64,000 bases of DNA from the human T2T-CHM13v2.0 reference genome, Homo sapiens. The notes under the pieces were generated by a model, which did no database searches, had not been told where the DNA came from, and saw nothing but the letters and a program-made list of their open reading frames with translations. Position numbers and translations under genes: made by a program. Positions 61,150 through 64,000 of the stretch are shown here, in pieces; position 1 is the stretch's first letter, and each line of letters starts with the position of its first letter. The stretch is from positions 6,432,001 to 6,496,000 of the forward strand of contig CP086569.2 of the NCBI GenBank assembly GCA_009914755.4. The letters run 5' to 3'.

Positions 61150-64000
61150 CTTCTTTTTTTAATTTTGATTATTTATTTTTATTATTATACTTTATGTTCT
61201 GGGGTACATGTGAGGAATGTGTAGGTTTGCTACATAGGTATACATGTACCATGGTGGTTTGCTGCACCCCTCAACCTGTCATCTATATTAGGTACTTCTC
61301 CTAATGCTCTCCCTGACCTGCCCGCTCAAACCCCTGACAGGCCCCAGTATGTGATGTTTCCCTCCCTGTGTTCATGTGTTCTAATTGTTCAACAACCACC
61401 TATGAGTGAGAAAATGTGGTGTTTGGTTTTCTGTCCTTGTGATAGTTTGCTTAGAATGATGGTTTCCAGCTTCATCCATGTCCCTGCAAAGGACATGAAC
61501 TCATTCTTTTTTATGGCTGCATAGTATTCCATGGTATATACGTGCCACAGTTTCTTATTCCAGTCTATCATTGATGGACATTTGGGTTGGTTCCAAGTCT
61601 TCACTATTGTGAACAGTGCTGCAATAAACATACGTGTGCATGTTTGTTTATAGTAGAATTGTTTATAATTCTTTGGGTATATATTCAGTAATGGGATTGT
61701 TGGGTCAAATGTTATTTCTAGTTCTAGATCTTTGAGGAATTGCCGCACTATCTTCCACAATAGCTGAACTAATTTACACTCCCAACAACAGTATAAAAGT
61801 GTTTCTATTTCTCCACATTCTCTCCAGCATCTGTTGTTTCCTGACTTTTTAATGATCACCATTCTAACTGGCATGAGATGGTATATCACTATGGATTTTG
61901 TTTGCATTTCTCTAACGACCAGGGATGATGAGCTTTTTTTCATGTTTGTTGGCTGCATAAATGTCTTCTTTTGAGAAGTGTCTTTCATATCCTTCACCCA
62001 GTTTTTGATAGAGTTGTTTTTGTCTTGCAAATTTGTTTAAGTTCTTTGTAGATTCTGGATATTAGCCCTTTGTCAGATGGATAGATTGCAAAAATTGTTC
62101 CCATTCTGTAGGTTGCCTGTTCACTCTGGTGAGAGTTTCTTTTGATGTGCAGAAACTCTTTGGTTTAATTAGATCCCATTTGTCAATTTTGGCTTTTTGT
62201 TGCAGTTGCTTTTGGTGTTTTAGTTATGAAGTCTTTGTACATGCCTATGTCCTGAATGGTATTGCCTAGGTTTTCTCCTAGGGTTTTTATGGTTTTAGGT
62301 CTTACAGTTAAGTCTTTAATCCATCTTGAGTTAATTTTTGTATAAGGTGTAAGGAAAGGGTTCAGTTTTAGTTTTCTGCATGTGGCTAGCCAGTTTTCCC
62401 AACACCATTTATTGAATAGGGTATCCTTTCCCCATTGCTTATTTCTGTCAGGTTTGTCAAAGATCAGATGGTTGTAGATGTGTTGTATTATTTCTGAGGC
62501 TGCTGTTCTGTTCCAGTTGTCTACATACCTGTTTTGGTACCAGTACCTTGCTGTTTTGGTACCAGTACTATGCTGTTTTGGTTTCCATAGCCTTGTAGTA
62601 TAGTTTGAAGTCAGGTAGCATGATGCCTCCAGCTTTGTTCTTTTTTGCTTAGGATTGTCTTAGCTATGCGGGCTCTTTTTTGGTTCCATATGAAACTTAA
62701 AGTAGTTTTTCTAATTCTGTGAAGAAAGTCATTGGTAGCTTGATGGGGATAGCATTGAATCTATAAATTACTTGGAGCAGTGTGGCCATTTTCAAAATAT
62801 TGATTCTTCCTATCCATGAGCATGGAACATTTTTCCATTTGTTTGTGTCCTCTCTTATTTCCTTGAGCAGTAGTTTGTAGTTCTCCTTGAAGAGGTCCTT
62901 TACATCTTTTATAAGTTGTATTCCTAGGTATTTTATTCTCTTTGTAGCAATTATGAATGTGAGTTTACTCATTATTTGGCTCTCTGTTTCTTTATTATTG
63001 GTGTATAGGAATGCTTGTGATTTTTGCACATTGATTTTGTATCCTGAGACTTTGCTGAAGTTGCTTATCAGCTTAAGGGGATTTTAGACCAAGACAATGG
63101 GGCTTTCTAAATATACAGCCATGTCATCTGCAAACGGAAACAGTTTGAATTCCCTTTATTTGCATACCCTTTATTTCTTGGTCTTGCCTGATTGCCCTGG
63201 CCAGAGCCTCCAATACTTTGTTGAAGTAGAGTGGTGACAGAGGGCATCCTTGTCTTGTGCTGGTTTTCAAAGGAAATGCTTCTAGCTTTTGCCCATTCAG
63301 TATGTTATTGGCTGTGGGTTTGTCATAAATAGCGCTTACAATTTTGAGATACATTCCATCAATACCTAGTTTATTGAGAGTTTTTAGAATGAATTTATGT
63401 TGAATTTTATGGAAGTTCTTTTCTCCATGTACTGAGGTAATCACGTGTTTTTTGTCATTTGTTCTGTTTACCTGATGGATTACATTTATTGATTTCTGTA
63501 TGTTGAACCAGCCTTGCAACCCAGGAATGAAGCCAACTTGATCATAGTGGATAAGCTTTTCAATGAGTTGCTGGACTTGTTTTGCCAGTATTTAGGATTT
63601 TCATGTAAATGTTCATCAGGGATATTGGCCTGAAATTTTATTTTCCTTTATTGTGTCTTTGCCAGGTTTTGGTATCAGGATGTTGCTGGTCTCATAAAAT
63701 GAGTTAGGGAGAAGTCCCTCTTTTTCTAATGTTTGGAATAGTTTCAGAACGAACGGTACCAGTTCCTTTTTGTACATCCGGTAGAATTCCACTATGAATC
63801 TGTCAGGTCTTGGGCATTTTTTGGTTGGTAGGCTATTAATTACTTTCTCAATTTCAGAACTTGTTATTTTTCTGTTCAGGGATTGGACTCCTTCCTGGTT
63901 TAGTCTTGGGAGGGTACATGTGTCTATGAATTTATCAATTTTTTCTAGATTTTCTAGTTTATTTGAGTAGAGGTGTTTATAGTATTCTCTGATGGTAGTA
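61150..64000 (-). mobile_element. L1 LINE (L1PA-type) 3' portion: 3'UTR plus antisense ORF2, continuing beyond the window end
   Basis: Poly-T tail complement at 61154-61200. Antisense 3'UTR: gggtacatgtgaggaatgtgtaggtttgctacataggtatacatgtaccatggtggtttgctgcacccctcaacc. A 213-aa ORF 61389-62030(-) is the ORF2 C-terminus ...NQPKCPSMIDWNKKLWHVYTMEYYAAIKKNEFMSFAGTWMKLETIILSKLSQGQKTKHHIFSLIGG. RT-domain ORFs lie at 62697-63029(-) and 63124-63519(-). There is a small internal 20-bp tandem duplication at 62540-62580. Confidence 0.9.

Overview
This window is AT-rich primate (human-type) genomic DNA dominated by interspersed repeats. It is not a prokaryotic or viral locus. I find no CRISPR array, operon, rRNA or tRNA gene, and no convincing intact protein-coding gene. 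All assignments rest on my recall of repeat consensus sequences and on the supplied ORF translations; no database search was run. Most six-frame ORFs are decayed L1 ORF1/ORF2 remnants or low-complexity artefacts. Contents, by sequence reading:
- Five L1 LINE copies:
  - a 5'-truncated minus-strand L1PA-type copy (~15.2-18.8 kb) with an internal ~1 kb deletion and a nested Alu;
  - a near-full-length plus-strand L1PA-type copy (34.2-40.4 kb) carrying an internal A37 tract;
  - an L1 3' fragment (40.4-41.2 kb) directly abutting it;
  - an older near-full-length minus-strand L1 (41.7-48.4 kb) with a nested Alu;
  - a minus-strand L1PA 3' portion running off the window end (61.15-64 kb).
- Older L1M fragments at ~21.0-22.7 kb and ~59.7-60.1 kb.
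- About 11 Alu or Alu-monomer elements.
- Three MaLR LTRs: a THE1 type, an MLT1 type and an MST/THE-like one.
- An ERV class I LTR with an upstream polypurine tract at the window start, and an ERV env TM-like fragment at ~49 kb.
- One internally deleted DNA transposon.
- An ancient GOT2 (mitochondrial aspartate aminotransferase) processed pseudogene (~57.1-58.7 kb) split by the THE1 LTR.
- Simple and low-complexity repeats: a 41-bp minisatellite, a 600-bp purine tract, an 850-bp AT-rich tract, and a 320-bp polypyrimidine microsatellite.
The most unusual structural item is a ~163-bp, ~98 %-identical inverted repeat pair flanking a 1.1-kb spacer (25.16-26.61 kb). A few weak exon-like segments are flagged, but none is well supported.
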